The notes beneath the pieces were generated by a model. The model made no database searches, was not told where the DNA came from, and saw only the letters and a list, made by a program, of their open reading frames with translations. A DNA stretch of 63,869 nucleotides, counting the filler, from Octopus bimaculoides (Eukaryota): assembly GCF_001194135.2 (NCBI RefSeq). It is 6 parts of 6 records of this genome, joined end to end, with 100 filler letters (N's around TTAATTAATTAA, not from the genome) between each part and the next. Parts side by side here need not be neighbours in the genome. Positions count along the whole stretch, not along the records: positions 50,331 to 58,121 come from NC_069007.1; positions 58,222 to 61,201 come from NC_068989.1; positions 61,302 to 63,869 come from NC_069002.1; 3 more parts are not named here. One strand, written 5' to 3'. This document shows positions 50,331 to 63,002 of this stretch, piece by piece (within the stretch, counting starts at the first letter, position 1; every line of letters begins with the position of its first letter). The position numbers and the translations under genes were made by a program.

Positions 50331-50585
50331 GATTTGGAAGACGGAAACTGAAAGAAGCCCGTCGTATATATGTATATATATGTGTATGTGTGTGTTTGTC
50401 CCCCCAACATCGCTTGACAACCGATGCTGGTGTGTTTACATCCCTGTAACTTAGCGGTTCGGCAAAAGAGACCGATAGAATAAGTACTAGGCTTCCAAAG
50501 AATTTGTCCTGGGTTTATTTGCTCGACTAAAGGTGGTGCTCCAGCATGGCCGCAGTCAAATGACTGAAACAAGTAAAAGAGTAAG
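50331..50585 (+). mobile_element. SINE-A 3' part (a second 3' half lies at about 50820-50985)
   Basis: gatttggaagacggaaactgaaagaagccc..cgcttgacaaccgatgctggtg..ccagcatggccgcagtcaaatgactgaaacaagtaaaagag. Confidence 0.9.
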
Positions 50586-50608
50586 TACCAATAAGCAACA
50601 ATTTCATT

Positions 50609-50637
50609 CCCGGGCAACGCCGGGTGGCTCTGCTAGT
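50609..50637 (+). mobile_element. Helitron-like 3' terminus (GC hairpin plus CTAG|T); degenerate second copy at 51011-51039
   Basis: cccgg g caa c g ccggg hairpin (cccgggcaacgccggg), then tggctctg CTAG T; second copy cctgagcaatgccggtattctctggtagt. Confidence 0.65.
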
Positions 50638-51364
50638 GTTATATATATTTATATATACACAATATATATATATTTATATATACACACATATGTATATAAG
50701 TATATGTATATATATATATGCATATATATACAAATTTATATATATATATATATGTATGTATGCATATGTATATATTTATGCATATAAATATATATGTATG
50801 TGTGTGTGTCTGTGTTTATACGCCCACCATCGCTTGACAACAGATGTTGCTGTGTTTGCATCCCGTTCGGCAAAGCTAATCAATAGAATAAGTACTAGGC
50901 TTGCAAAGAATAAATCCTGGGGTCAATTTCCTCAACTAAGGGCGGTGCTCCAGCATTGCCAGTCACATGACCGAAACAAGAAAAGCAATAAAAAACTATG
51001 CCACTTTAATCCTGAGCAATGCCGGTATTCTCTGGTAGTATATATCTATGTATATACATACACACATATATACACATACATATACACACACATATACACA
51101 TATATAAACACATATACCAACACTCAAGATGGTTGCTCATTTCCAAGAATTTAATTCTATAGAATTCTTCCGCTGTATGTGTTCCAAGACAGCTCTGTAT
51201 GCGCCTGTTGTTCTTCTACAAGAACTCTGAGAACAAGGAATCACGAATGAAGCACACCTGTGTCTAAGACATTGCATTGTTGGTTGGTCTCACTGCTGTC
51301 AATGCATTACTACCTCTGACAACCAAATCTTTACAGTAAAACACACACACATACACACACACAT

Positions 51365-51415
<51 letters not shown>

Positions 51416-51550
51416 TATACACACATGTATATAGAGATACATATATAAATGCATATATATATGTATATATATATATATATATATACACACNNNNNNNNNN
51501 TATATATATATATATATATACACACATGTATATAGAGATACATATATGAA

Positions 51551-51592
<42 letters not shown>

Positions 51593-51811
51593 GAGAAACA
51601 TATATACATATGTATACATATATATATGCTTATAAATGTATACATAAACATATATTTAATCGACATATATGTTTAAATACACGTGTGTGTGTGTATAAAT
51701 GTATATATACAAATACATACATATACATACACACATATATATATATGCATATGCATAAACACATATTTATATATATATACATATATATATATATGTGTAT
51801 ATATGTATATA

Positions 51812-52095
51812 TCAGGTCATCCCATAAGTTCTGTCCGAATTTTGAATAAAGAAAACAAGTGATCAAATGTTATATTTAATTGAAATTTAATCATCAATGT
51901 GTTTTCCCTGATTATCTATGACTTCCTTCCATCTATTTACAAGCTTTTTAATCCCATCAATGTAAAACGCTTTTGGTTTCAAAGTGAAAAACTCTGAAAT
52001 GTCAGTTTCGATCTCATCCTGGCTTGCGAAAGTTATGTCCCCCAAATGATTCTGTAAACTACGAAACAAATGGTAGTCTGAACAAGCAAGGCATC
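51812..52095 (-). mobile_element. Mariner 3' fragment with TIR
   Basis: SDYHLFRSLQNHLGDITFASQDEIETDISEFF..FYIDGIKKLVNRWKEVIDNQGKHIDD*; terminal ta|tcaggtcatcccataagttctgtccg. Confidence 0.85.
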
Positions 52096-52285
52096 TGATG
52101 TGGCTTTTTAAACCAGACAATGTATTGAAAACACACCGACATAGATTGCATATCCTATTTGGACCACCAAGAGGTGCATTTAAGTTCTGATCTTTGTGGA
52201 TCGTAAAATGTCTTTTGAGGCCTCTGTTAGATTTGCAGACCTTCTGGCATACATTGCATTGAAAGGTGTGCACAGACATATAGGC
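52096..52285 (-). pseudogene. Two C2H2 zinc-finger motifs, probably a LINE (RTE-like) C-terminus
   Basis: FQCNVCQKVCKSNRGLKRHFTIH and ICNLCRCVFNTLSGLKSHIR; no TGEKP linker; in frame with the mariner fragment. Confidence 0.6.
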
Positions 52286-52373
52286 AGAATATATATATAT
52301 ATATATTAGCACACACACACACAAACACACACACACACGTGTATATATATATATGTGTGTGTATATATATATA

Positions 52374-52410
<37 letters not shown>

Positions 52411-53396
52411 GAAGAATAATAATAAATGGAGCAAAACGCATATAAACAAAAGTTCCTTTAATTCTTACATATGTTTCAAAATATATGTACACCCTACTCC
52501 AAAGAAGTAAGAGGTGCTGAAATTTCACATAAATTCATCGTCAGGGAACCAACATACAGAAGCAAGACAAATGCGAAATGCTCCATTTATTATTATTCTT
52601 CATATCTACTAAAAATGCATCACTTTAACTTAGTATTTCTACCTATAAAACGGGTGTGACATCCTGTTTTTTTTGTGTGATTTTTGCTACCCATGGTAAC
52701 TATTAACATATTTACATTGTCAAAGTTTTTTTAAACCGAGATAATATTAATATACACATAAATATATATATATATATATATATATGAATACATGTATATG
52801 CATATAGATAGATAGAGGAAAACATGTAGATAATTAGATAGGTAGACAGATAGATAGGAAAAGAGACAGACAGACAGATATGGATATGTGTGGAACTGCA
52901 ACACTTTTGATAGAATGTATGAGTAAAAACAAACAATGTGGACATGTCAGCTAAAAGAGTCAGCAATTGACTACAGGCTTCTTTCTTTTCCCATCTAAAA
53001 AATCCACTCATAAAGGATTGATCAGCCAGAGGGCTACAATAAAAGACATTTGCTGAGGGTGCCATGCATTGCCACTGCAGCCAAAACCATATGGTTTGGA
53101 AGCATACTTCCAAACTTTTTACCATGAATTCACCCCTCTGTGCTTATATCATTTTATATTTGCCAAGACAACAGAGTTTTCAGTTCATTTTCAAAATGGT
53201 TCTTCGGCAGTGTATCTAAGAATCAAAGACAGGAATTAGATTCGAAAGCTTCTTATGGGTAAGTATTTTACCGATGACATTTCTCATGTATATTGACATT
53301 CACTGCGTTTCCATGCATCTCTTGGCATTTACTACGAACGACTGTGTTTCAACAGAAAACAGATTAGGAGATAGATCTGTGCATGTTTGTGTCTGT

Positions 53397-53427
<31 letters not shown>

Positions 53428-53644
53428 AGCATGCGTGTGTGTGTGTGTGTGTGCATGCGTGTGCGTGCATGCGTGTGTGTGTGTGTGTGTGTAGGGATCT
53501 CAACAGATATGTAAGTATGTAGGTGTGTGTAGAATGCATGTATGTGTAAATGTGTGTAGACATGTAAAATTACACCTATTAATAGAGATCCATATAGGTA
53601 TGTGTGTATATATGTGTTTGTGTGTATACATATATATGTGTATA

Positions 53645-53955
53645 TTGACAGGCATAGGTGTGGGTGTGTGATAAGAAGCTCACTTCCCAAGCCCATGGTT
53701 CCAGGTTCAGTCCCACTTGTGCAAGTGTCTTCTACTAAGGCCCCAAGCATGTGTGTGTCTGTGTGTGCATGCCTTTATGTGTGTGTTCGCTACCATCACT
53801 TCACCACTAGTGTCCAGTGTTGGTTTGCTTGCATCCCTGTAACTTAGTATTTCAACAAAAAGAAATCAATAGAATAAGTACAAGGCTTAAAAAATTAAGC
53901 ACTGCTCCAGCATGGTTGCAGTCTAATGACTAAAACAAACGAGCAATAAAAGATA
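53645..53955 (+). mobile_element. SINE-A, diverged
   Basis: aggcataggtgtgggtgtgtgataagaagctcacttccc..ccaggttcagtcccac..atagaataagtacaaggctt..ccagcatggttgcagtc. Confidence 0.8.
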
Positions 53956-53978
53956 AAGTATGTATATATATATAAAAA

Positions 53979-54034
<56 letters not shown>

Positions 54035-54117
54035 ATAAGATCAATATATAAAAATACTGATCCTATCAGGTGGCCAGCATGGGAATAAAAACCTCAAAGG
54101 TAATAATTATTATTAAA

Positions 54118-54316
54118 ATTATAATTGAGGGTATCTAAGAGATACCACCATGCTAGATATAGCAGCCAAACCTTGACTCTAAAACCACATTAAATGTTCA
54201 TACAGCATCAGGAGAGAAGACAAAGAGACAAACTAAACTAGCAAATGTGGTTTTAGAGAAAGTTTTGACTGCTATTTCAAGCATGGTGGTATCTCTTAGA
54301 TACCCTAAATTATAAT
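54118..54316. mobile_element. MITE with about 74-bp TIRs
   Basis: attataattgagggtatctaagagataccaccatgct..ctctaaaaccacatt / aatgtggttttagag..agcatggtggtatctcttagataccctaaattataat. Confidence 0.85.
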
Positions 54317-54317
54317 T

Positions 54318-54349
<32 letters not shown>

Positions 54350-55149
54350 AGAGAGAGAGTGTGTGTGTGTGTGTGTGTACATACAGGTGTGTATACATGA
54401 ATGCATATATATATAGAATCAGAGGCATAAATAGGTATTTACTGATGTGTGTGTGTGTGTGCGTATTCATCTGTTCCTTACTATTTCTATATTTAAATCA
54501 CAAATTATATACGTCTATATATATATAAATATATATACATGTATATATATATTTGCATGTGTATATATGTATGAATATACATATATATCATAGGTATATG
54601 TATACATAAATATATATATATATATACACACACACATACAAGCATACATACTTATGCCCACACACATAAATACATACACACACACACACATGCATTCACT
54701 CAATCCTGCACACATACATACACACACACATGCACACACTTACACACATTCATACATACACACATAGCAACATACATACACACACCTACACATACAAAGA
54801 CACACACATATGTTAACATTCACAATAGACTTGCTGATTCATCTAAATTTTTCACCTTAAAAACCATTATACTATTATTCTTATGTTCTTATATTCTTAC
54901 ATTCTGAATAATGTAGTCAGATGATGGAATTATTATCCAAACTCTTGCTTTGGCCTCTTGACATCATCTCCCAGTGTTTTATATCCATGGCAACGAAATT
55001 AGTGCTGTTGCTGTTGTTATTTTTGGTGGTGGTGGTGGTGGTGGTGGTAGTGGTGGGTGTCCAGCCCGATGTCAGTCATGATTGAGCACACCTCTTGGCA
55101 AATCAAAAGGATTTGGAATCATGACTGCCCACCACCATCTGTGTGTGTG

Positions 55150-55390
55150 TAGGTGTATACATATCTTTATGTATACACCTAGGAGCGGCTGTGTGGTAAG
55201 TAGCTTGCTTACCAACCACATGGTTCCGGGTTCAGTCCCACTGCGTGGCACCTTGGGCAAGTGTCTTCTACTATAGCCTCAGGCCGACCAAAGCCTTGAG
55301 TAGATTTGGTAGACGGAAACTGAAAGAAGCCTGTCGTATATATGTATATGTATATACATGTATATATAGGTGCAGGAGTGGCTGTATATA
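55150..55390 (+). mobile_element. SINE-A 5' half with a hairpin at its head
   Basis: Near-identical to 611-778 from ggagcggctgtgtggtaagtagc; 14-bp inverted repeat at 55150-55181. Confidence 0.9.
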
Positions 55391-55667
55391 CATACATATA
55401 TATATATATATATATACATGTATATATACATACATAAGCATACAAATACATACTCATATATGCACAGATGTATGCATATATATNNNNNNNNNNNNNNNNN
55501 NNNNNNNNNNNNNNNNNNNNNNNNNNNNNNNNNNNNNNNNNNNNNNNNNNNNNNNNNNNNNNNNNNNNNNNNNNNNNNNNNNNNNNNNNNNNNNNNNNNN
55601 NNNNNNNNNNNNNNNNNNNNNNNNNNNNNNNNNNNNNNNNNNNNNNNNNNNNNNNNNNNNNNNNNNN

Positions 55668-55708
<41 letters not shown>

Positions 55709-55949
55709 TGTATACATATACACACATGTATACAAACAGACTCTAAATTGACTGGAAGACTTAGCTTTCTTATAAGAAAAACTGAAAAAATATACAATAA
55801 TTGCATGGTTTGGCAGTGAGGCCAGAACAGATTGTATGGGATATGTGAACAGTTATGTAAAATAATCCGCCTTTAGATCACTTCAAATTTGTTTGAGAGA
55901 ATTGCCTCCCTTGGTATCTGGTCCTGAAGAGAGCACAAAAATCTTGAAA

Positions 55950-56055
55950 TGCTAACAATGTGCCATACTGTTTCACCCTTCTCACCACACATTCTACATT
56001 TGTCACTGCCAGTAGTGTTGTCTATTCTGCACTTCATATAGTTGGTCCTTAACAC
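55950..56055 (-). pseudogene. R4/Dong-type LINE zinc-knuckle fragment
   Basis: LRTNYMKCRIDNTTGSDKCRMCGEKGETVWHIVS; 5' flank is (AAT)n(AAG)n(AAC)n. Confidence 0.8.
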
Positions 56056-56073
56056 GTTGTTGTTGTTGTTGGT

Positions 56074-56104
<31 letters not shown>

Positions 56105-56110
56105 TTATTA

Positions 56111-56320
56111 TTAAGGCTGGAAGAATTGTTAGCATGCCAGACAGAATTCTTTTTTTCTAGCTTTATGTTCTGAGTGTAAATTTTGCCAAGGTTGACTTTG
56201 GCCTTCGTCCTTTCATGGTCAATAAAATAAGTACCAATTGAGCACTGGGATCATTGAACCAGCTACCCTCATCCCCACAAATTTTGATCTTGTGTCTATA
56301 GTAAAAGTTTAATTATTATT
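56111..56320 (+). mobile_element. SINE-B, degenerate, B1 tail
   Basis: aaggctggaagaattgttagcatgcc..ttgactttggccttcgtcctttc..aagtaccaattgagcactggg..tcttgtgtctatagtaaaag(att)n. Confidence 0.7.
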
Positions 56321-56351
56321 ATTATCATTATTATTAGTAGTAGTAGTAGTC

Positions 56352-56384
<33 letters not shown>

Positions 56385-57559
56385 CATGGGAGAAATGAAA
56401 TAAATTAAAAAGTGAGGTGGAGGTTTGTTGAAGTGAGAGTCATTAGAGAGGTGGAGCAAATTTACTTCTTAGTTTACAGCTCTTTATATTCTAAGTTCAA
56501 ATTCAACTAGGCCTCAACCTTGCCTTTTCATCCTTCTGGGATTGATAATAGATAAAAAAAATATTAAAAAAACTCTTATCATACCAATGAAATAACAAAA
56601 GATCAATATCACTGCCTATATCTCTCCCACTTTCATACACATTGCTGCCCACAATTCTTTCACCACAATATTTGCAGTCTTATACCCTCCTGTGTTACAA
56701 ATCATTCTGTTTAATTGATTCATTTTTTACTGACATATTCATCTTTGACCATAATTAATGAATAAATTGCTTTCATTAATCACTTTTATATATAGCAACT
56801 TCGTTTTGCACATTTTGTTTTCTGTTGTATATATAGTTATATATATTTGTCTATAAATTTAATATTCATTTGTATATTTATTGCTCTATTTATTTATTTA
56901 TTCATTCCAATAGTGCAAGACTCCTTTCCCATATTAAGTACAGTTCCAGTGTTGTTTTTGTTTGTTCATATTGTTGTTGTTATTGTTATTGTTGCTGTTG
57001 GAGCTATTATTACTATTATTGTTATTTTAGTAGATGATGATGATGATGATGATGGTGAGGATTCAGAAACAGTTGTGAGGAAATGATTACCTCCCTTGTA
57101 TTAAAGACCATCCAGATGGCACCACAAGTATATAGTTTCATGTTTCATCTTTCACTTGTTTCAGTCATGAGAGTGTGGCCATGCTGGAGCATGGCCTTGA
57201 AGAGTTTTACTCAAACAAATCAAACCCAAATCAAATGTTTTTCTTTTCAAAGTTTAGTGTCAGACTCTTTGGCCACAGCACTAACTTATGGGGACATAAC
57301 CAAACCATGATGGGAAACACACACAAACAAACGCACACACAAACATACACACAGATACACATTCAGCACTGAATTTCCCTGGAGGACATTCTTTTCTTTC
57401 GTGGTTTAACCATTGATGGTCGATTTCTAGCATAAAGGATGTCCACTTAGTGGTCATCNNNNNNNNNNNNNNNNNNNNNNNNNNNNNNNNNNNNNNNNNN
57501 NNNNNNNNNNNNNNNNNNNNNNNNNNNNNNNNNNNNNNNNNNNNNNNNNNNNNNNNNNA

Positions 57560-57676
57560 ATTATAAAAATAATTTTTAAAAATATACAGTACAGTACTGT
57601 TTCTACTTTGTCGATTTTCATCGATTGTGCAGGGGTTTTGGAACATAACACCCGCAATAGTCAAGGGATTATTGTA
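57560..57676 (+). mobile_element. pogo/Tigger-like DNA transposon 3' end
   Basis: ggggttttggaacataacacccgcaatagtcaagggattattg|ta resembles recalled Tigger-type ends (ggaacgtaacccccgcg..cgaggga..ctg|ta); the other end is not visible. Confidence 0.45.
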
Positions 57677-57679
57677 TTT

Positions 57680-58090
57680 AGGAGTAGGAGTAGCTGTGGA
57701 GGAAGAAGCTTGCTACCCAACCACATGGTTCCTGGTTCAGTTCCAATGCATGGCACCTTGGGTAAGTGTCTTCTACTATAGCCTTCAGATAACCAAAGAG
57801 TTGTGAGTGGATTTGGTAGACAGAAATTGAAAGAAGCCCATCATGTGTGTATGTGTGTGTATGTGTCTGTGTGTGTGTGTGTATGTATTTGTGTTTCTGT
57901 GTTCGTCCTCCACCATCACTTGACAACCAATGTTGGCATGTTTACATCCCTGTAACTTAGCAGTTCGGCAAAAGAGACCAACAGAATAAGTACTAGGCTT
58001 ACAATGAATAAGTCCTGGAGTTGATTTGTTTTGACTATAGATGGCGCTCCAGCATGGCCAAAACCAAATGACTGGAATGAGTAAAAGAAT
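57680..58090 (+). mobile_element. SINE-A, full length, diverged
   Basis: ggagtagctgtgg..aagcttgctacccaaccacatggttcctggttcag..(gt)n..cttgacaaccaatgttgg..ccagcatggcc..gagtaaaagaat. Confidence 0.85.
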
Positions 58091-58251
58091 ACATATACAT
58101 ATATATATATATATATATATANNNNNNNNNNNNNNNNNNNNNNNNNNNNNNNNNNNNNNNNNNNNTTAATTAATTAANNNNNNNNNNNNNNNNNNNNNNN
58201 NNNNNNNNNNNNNNNNNNNNNCGTGTGTGTGTGTGTGTGCGTGTGTGTGTG

Positions 58252-58288
<37 letters not shown>

Positions 58289-58439
58289 ATGCGCGAACTT
58301 GTGTATCTGTGTGTGTGTGTGTGTGTGCCAAAGGAAGTTATTTTATGGCATTCTTTCGTTTGAAGCAGAAAAGTTGTCCACTCGATCATATGGGATAACA
58401 TGAGTGTTCGTTATTTTCCGTAATTTTTTTTCTTTATAC

Positions 58440-59560
58440 TTTGAAGTGAGCAGAAAGTGAAAGAGAGGAGAAAGTGAAACGTGTATGTACGTGTATATGA
58501 AATGGACGCGTGTGTGTGTGAGAGAGAGAGAGAGAAAGAGATAGTGAGTGAAAGTGTGTTGTCATGTATGCATTTTTTTGCATGTATGTATAAGTGGCAC
58601 TCACTCGCTCTCTCTCTCTCTCACTCATACACACACACGCATGCATTATCTTTCATATACACTACATAAATAGATATTCATACATCTTTTTTGTATGTAT
58701 GTGTGCGTGTGCATGTGAGAGAGAAAATTAGGGACTGTATTTCCTCATAACATATAGAGAAATGGATATCTTTTAAGGTACACACACATATTGAAAATGT
58801 TACGTCGTCGTCGTGGTATAAAAAGTCGTTTAGAATAGTTGAATCAGAAAGATTATAATGTAATATTTTGTAATGCAAATATGTAAATGAAAATAAAGTT
58901 TACTTGTTAGCCGAAAGATTACTGAATCTTTTGATACTCCCATACGTCAAAATCGGCAACTCAGTTTTTGAATGTATTTGTAAATTTCCCTTAAATTTTT
59001 TTTATTTGGTTATGCTTTGAAGAGGGCAGAAACTGAAAGAGAAGAGAAAGTGAAACCGGGATTTTTGCTTTGAAGTAAGAGTAGAAAGTGAAAGACGGGA
59101 GAAAGTGAAAGATGTATGCACGAGTATATGAGATGGAGTTGTGTGTGTTCGTGTGCGTTAGAGAGAAGGAGAAAGAGAGTGAGTGAATGAAGGTGTGTGT
59201 TGTCATGTCTGTGTAAGTGACACTCACACACACACACACACACACAACTTTCATATACACATACATAAATACATATGCATGCATCTTTTTTGTATATATG
59301 TGTGCGCGTGTATGTGCATGTGTATATGTGTGAGAGAGAGAGTGAGTGGCTATTTCGTCATAGGATATAGAGAAATGGATGTCTTTTAAGGTATACACTC
59401 ATACAGAAAATGTTTTAGTCATTGTCGTCGTGGTATAAAATGTTTACGATAGCTGACTTGATTATAACGTAAAATTCTTGTAATGCAAATATGTAAATGA
59501 ATGTGTTGATACCCCATAAGTCAAAATTGGCAATTCAGCTTTCGAATGCATAAGGAAGAT
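58440..59560. repeat. Diverged tandem duplication of about 600-bp units (about 58440-58990 and 59070-59560)
   Basis: Shared blocks in the same order: gaaagtgaaaga..gagaaagtgaaa; tatagagaaatggat.tcttttaaggta.acac; gtcgtcgtggtataaaa; tgtaatgcaaatatgtaaatgaa; gatac.ccata.gtcaaaat.ggcaa.tcag. Confidence 0.8.
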
Positions 59561-59739
59561 ACACACACACACACTCATACAAACTCACACACACACAAAC
59601 TCTCTTTTTTATATATGGAAGTGTCCCCGTCTGTCGTTCTCTCTGTCTGTCTCTCACATTCCCTCTGTGTCTATCTCTTCCTGTCTCCTCCCCTTTCCTG
59701 ATATCAGCCACCCTCCTTATGTTGCATTTCCCTGAACCT

Positions 59740-59955
59740 AACACATTTGCACCCCTCTCATTTTATCATGTAGTAACCCAACCTCTGTAGTCGGTCCATT
59801 ATCGATTTTTATTGAAATCCAGTTAGCCTATAATTGAACTGGATGTTAGTTCAACATGTATACAAAATTTGGTGAAGATTATTTCCCTTCTTTGGGCAGC
59901 AAGATGGTAACAGACAGACATACAGACAGACAGAAATTGCCATTTATATATAGGA
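59740..59955 (+). mobile_element. Possible Helentron-associated (HINE/DINE-1-like) element end
   Basis: atgtatacaaaatttggtgaagat..(caga)n..aaattgccatttatatatagga resembles recalled DINE-1-like architecture. Confidence 0.4.
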
Positions 59956-60241
59956 TTTCACTCTATGTAAGTTAGTGATTCTGTATGACAAGTGTATGAG
60001 TGTCTGCATGTGAATGTGTATATGTGTACATGTTTTTATATTTGTGTGTGTGTGTATAAATAGTATAGATAGACTATTAACTGAATTGAATAGGAAACAA
60101 GATGGATGACCAGTGAAGATGAGAACGCATCGCCCTAAGCTACGAAGTCTATATATATGTGTGTGTGTGTGTGTGAATACGTATAGGCATATGATATATA
60201 CGTATGTATATATATATATATATATATGTATATGAAACACA

Positions 60242-60279
<38 letters not shown>

Positions 60280-60301
60280 TGTATTGATGAATGGATGTAT
60301 A

Positions 60302-60344
<43 letters not shown>

Positions 60345-60635
60345 TCAGACACGCACATACACACGTTTATTCTATTCTGCTTTTTAAAAATGGCTGAGTA
60401 TTTGATTAATTTATACCATATATGTGTGGATGTATATGCATGTGTTTGAGCGCTCGCTTCCATATACACCCTGCCATGAACTGCTGATCTTCTTGTGTTT
60501 GTACGTGCGTAAACGCTTTTAGCTATTAAGGAACTATATGCGCGCTGTGGATTCGAAGAATGACAACTTCATTCGTCTGTTTTTATTTCATGTATATATT
60601 TATTCACTCATTTATTTTCTGAATGTACGGCATTC

Positions 60636-60686
<51 letters not shown>

Positions 60687-61509
60687 TACACACATATGTG
60701 CTTGTGTGTTCGTGTGTAGTGCGTTTGTGTGTGTACATTTAGGTATGCAATAAAAAAAAGAAGCTGAAGAATAAAATTGTCATTCATCGACCCCGTGTGT
60801 ATTTGTGTAATTTATTGGGAAACTGATGTTGACTGTGTGTTCAGTGCGTGTGTGGATACGCGGTGAGCCAGCCACCAGCATGCCGATACTTAAAATGCCA
60901 TTTATTCGTTGCACGACTTTACTCAATAGCAAAACGGTGTTATGAGACTTAGAAGGTGAAGGAATAATGAGGGTGTTAGGGTTAGGGTTGGTATCCGCTT
61001 TTGTTATTGTCGTAGTTGTTGTCATCTGTGATGAGGGCCAGTTGTAGTGGTTGTCATGGAATAATTGCCGTTTTTTGTTATTGGCTGTGATAGTACTGAT
61101 GAAGAAGGTGGTGATGGTGGAGGTGATGGTGGTGGTGATGGTGGTGGTGGTGATGGTGGTGGTGATGGTGGTGGTGATGGTGGTGGTGATGGTGGTGGTG
61201 GNNNNNNNNNNNNNNNNNNNNNNNNNNNNNNNNNNNNNNNNNNNNTTAATTAATTAANNNNNNNNNNNNNNNNNNNNNNNNNNNNNNNNNNNNNNNNNNN
61301 NACCCATAAAGTCGTAAGTTACTTTGGTGGATGAAAAAGAAAATGGGAATGTGTTATTCATGATGTATAGACGCCAAAGAAATGTTCTGTATTACATGTG
61401 ATACATAAGAGAGGCAAAAAGTCGAAGAGGGTTCCGTGATAAAATTCTAGGGTCCCAGAGAACAGGAGATGTCCTTTGCATAAGATTTAATAGAAATTTA
61501 TTTTTGTTT

Positions 61510-61850
61510 TTATTTTTACCACTTCCAGTTGATGGGCTGTGGCCATGCTAAACAGATCGACTTCAGTACTTTATCTAAGTTTGGTACTTATTCTATAAGT
61601 CTGTTTGATTACGGGGAATTAAACAAACCAATACCGATTATCAAGTAGTGAGGGGTGGGACTAACACACACACACACAAACCACGCGCGCGTGCGCAGAC
61701 AGTGGGATTCCATGCAGTTTCCGTATACAAATTCACTCTAAGGTTTTGGTTGGTTCAGGGATATAGTAGAAGTAGAAGACACTTGTTCAAGATGTTGAGC
61801 AGTGGGATTGAACCCAAAACCACATGTGGATTCGAAGTGGTTGCAGTCGC
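61510..61850 (-). mobile_element. SINE-A, degenerate
   Basis: gctgtggccatgct..cagtttccgtatacaaattcactc..tagaagacacttgttcaag..cagtgggattgaacccaaaaccacatgtgg. Confidence 0.75.
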
Positions 61851-63002
61851 CCTGCTTAATGTAAGAGCCACATTCGATAGTCTAGATGTTTGAGAGCCGC
61901 AAGACATGAACAGAATTTACACACGTTTTTGTTAACAAAAATTCTAAGTTAGACATGGCCTGGGCCTCCTCTACTGGCCGAAACCTATCAAAGTTATAAA
62001 TATTAAGAAATGCATGTATGCAATAATATTTATTCATGTGTGCAGATTTTTAAAATTGTTAATTTGTATTGGTTTCAGTAATCACAAAATACACACATAT
62101 GTATACTAAATGTTTTCAAAATCTTGACTGATGATTGTTTGGTAAACTTTGATAAGTACACGCACACGTTTCACCAAGAAAAAAAAAAAAACTCGGATTT
62201 TTTGCATGGAATCAAGTACCCTGACCTTAATGTGCAGCAAATTCTTTATTTTTGTTCGGTAAAAAAAAAAAAAGTGGGTGGGGTGGGGAAAATCGCCCCC
62301 CCCTCCCCATCCCAGAATCATTGGAAATTTTTTTCGTTGCATGAATTATGGTGACCTCCTAATATGCCACAAAACACGGATCCCAAAACACTATTTTTGG
62401 TCCAGAAAAAGGGGGTGTGGATGGAGTGGAACCTCGGAAATTTCACCCCTCCCCTTCCCAGAATAATTGGAAAATGTTTTTTTTTTTTTTTCATTGAATG
62501 NNNNNNNNNNNNNNNNNNNNNNNNNNNNNNNNNNNNNNNNNNNNNNNNNNNNNNNNNNNNNNNNNNNNNNNNNNNNNNNNNNNNNNNNNNNNNNNNNNNN
62601 NNNNNNNNNNNNNNNNNNNNNNNNNNNNNNNNNNNNNNNNNNNNNNNNNNNNNNNNNNNNNNNNNNNNNNNNNNNNNNNNNNNNNNNNNNNNNNNNNNNN
62701 NNNNNNNNNNNNNNNNNNNNNNNNNNNNNNNNNNNNNNNNNNNNNNNNNNNNNNNNNNNNNNNNNNNNNNNNNNNNNNNNNNNNNNNNNNNNNNNNNNNN
62801 NNNNNNNNNNNNNNNNNNNNNNNNNNNNNNNNNNNNNNNNNNNNNNNNNNNNNNNNNNNNNNNNNNNNNNNNNNNNNNNNNNNNNNNNNNNNNNNNNNNN
62901 NNNNNCCTCATCCCTAATATTTTACAGAAATACGTTTTTGAGAGATTGGATTACATGGTTTGTTATTAAATAAATATTTACTAGTTGGTACTATATGAAT
63001 TA

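Noticed and set aside
60974-60992. TTAGGG telomere-like repeats
   Set aside because: Only two units; compatible with chance.
61051-61257. Gly/Asp-rich or Val/Met-rich ORFs
   Set aside because: (GGT/GAT)n microsatellite running into a gap.
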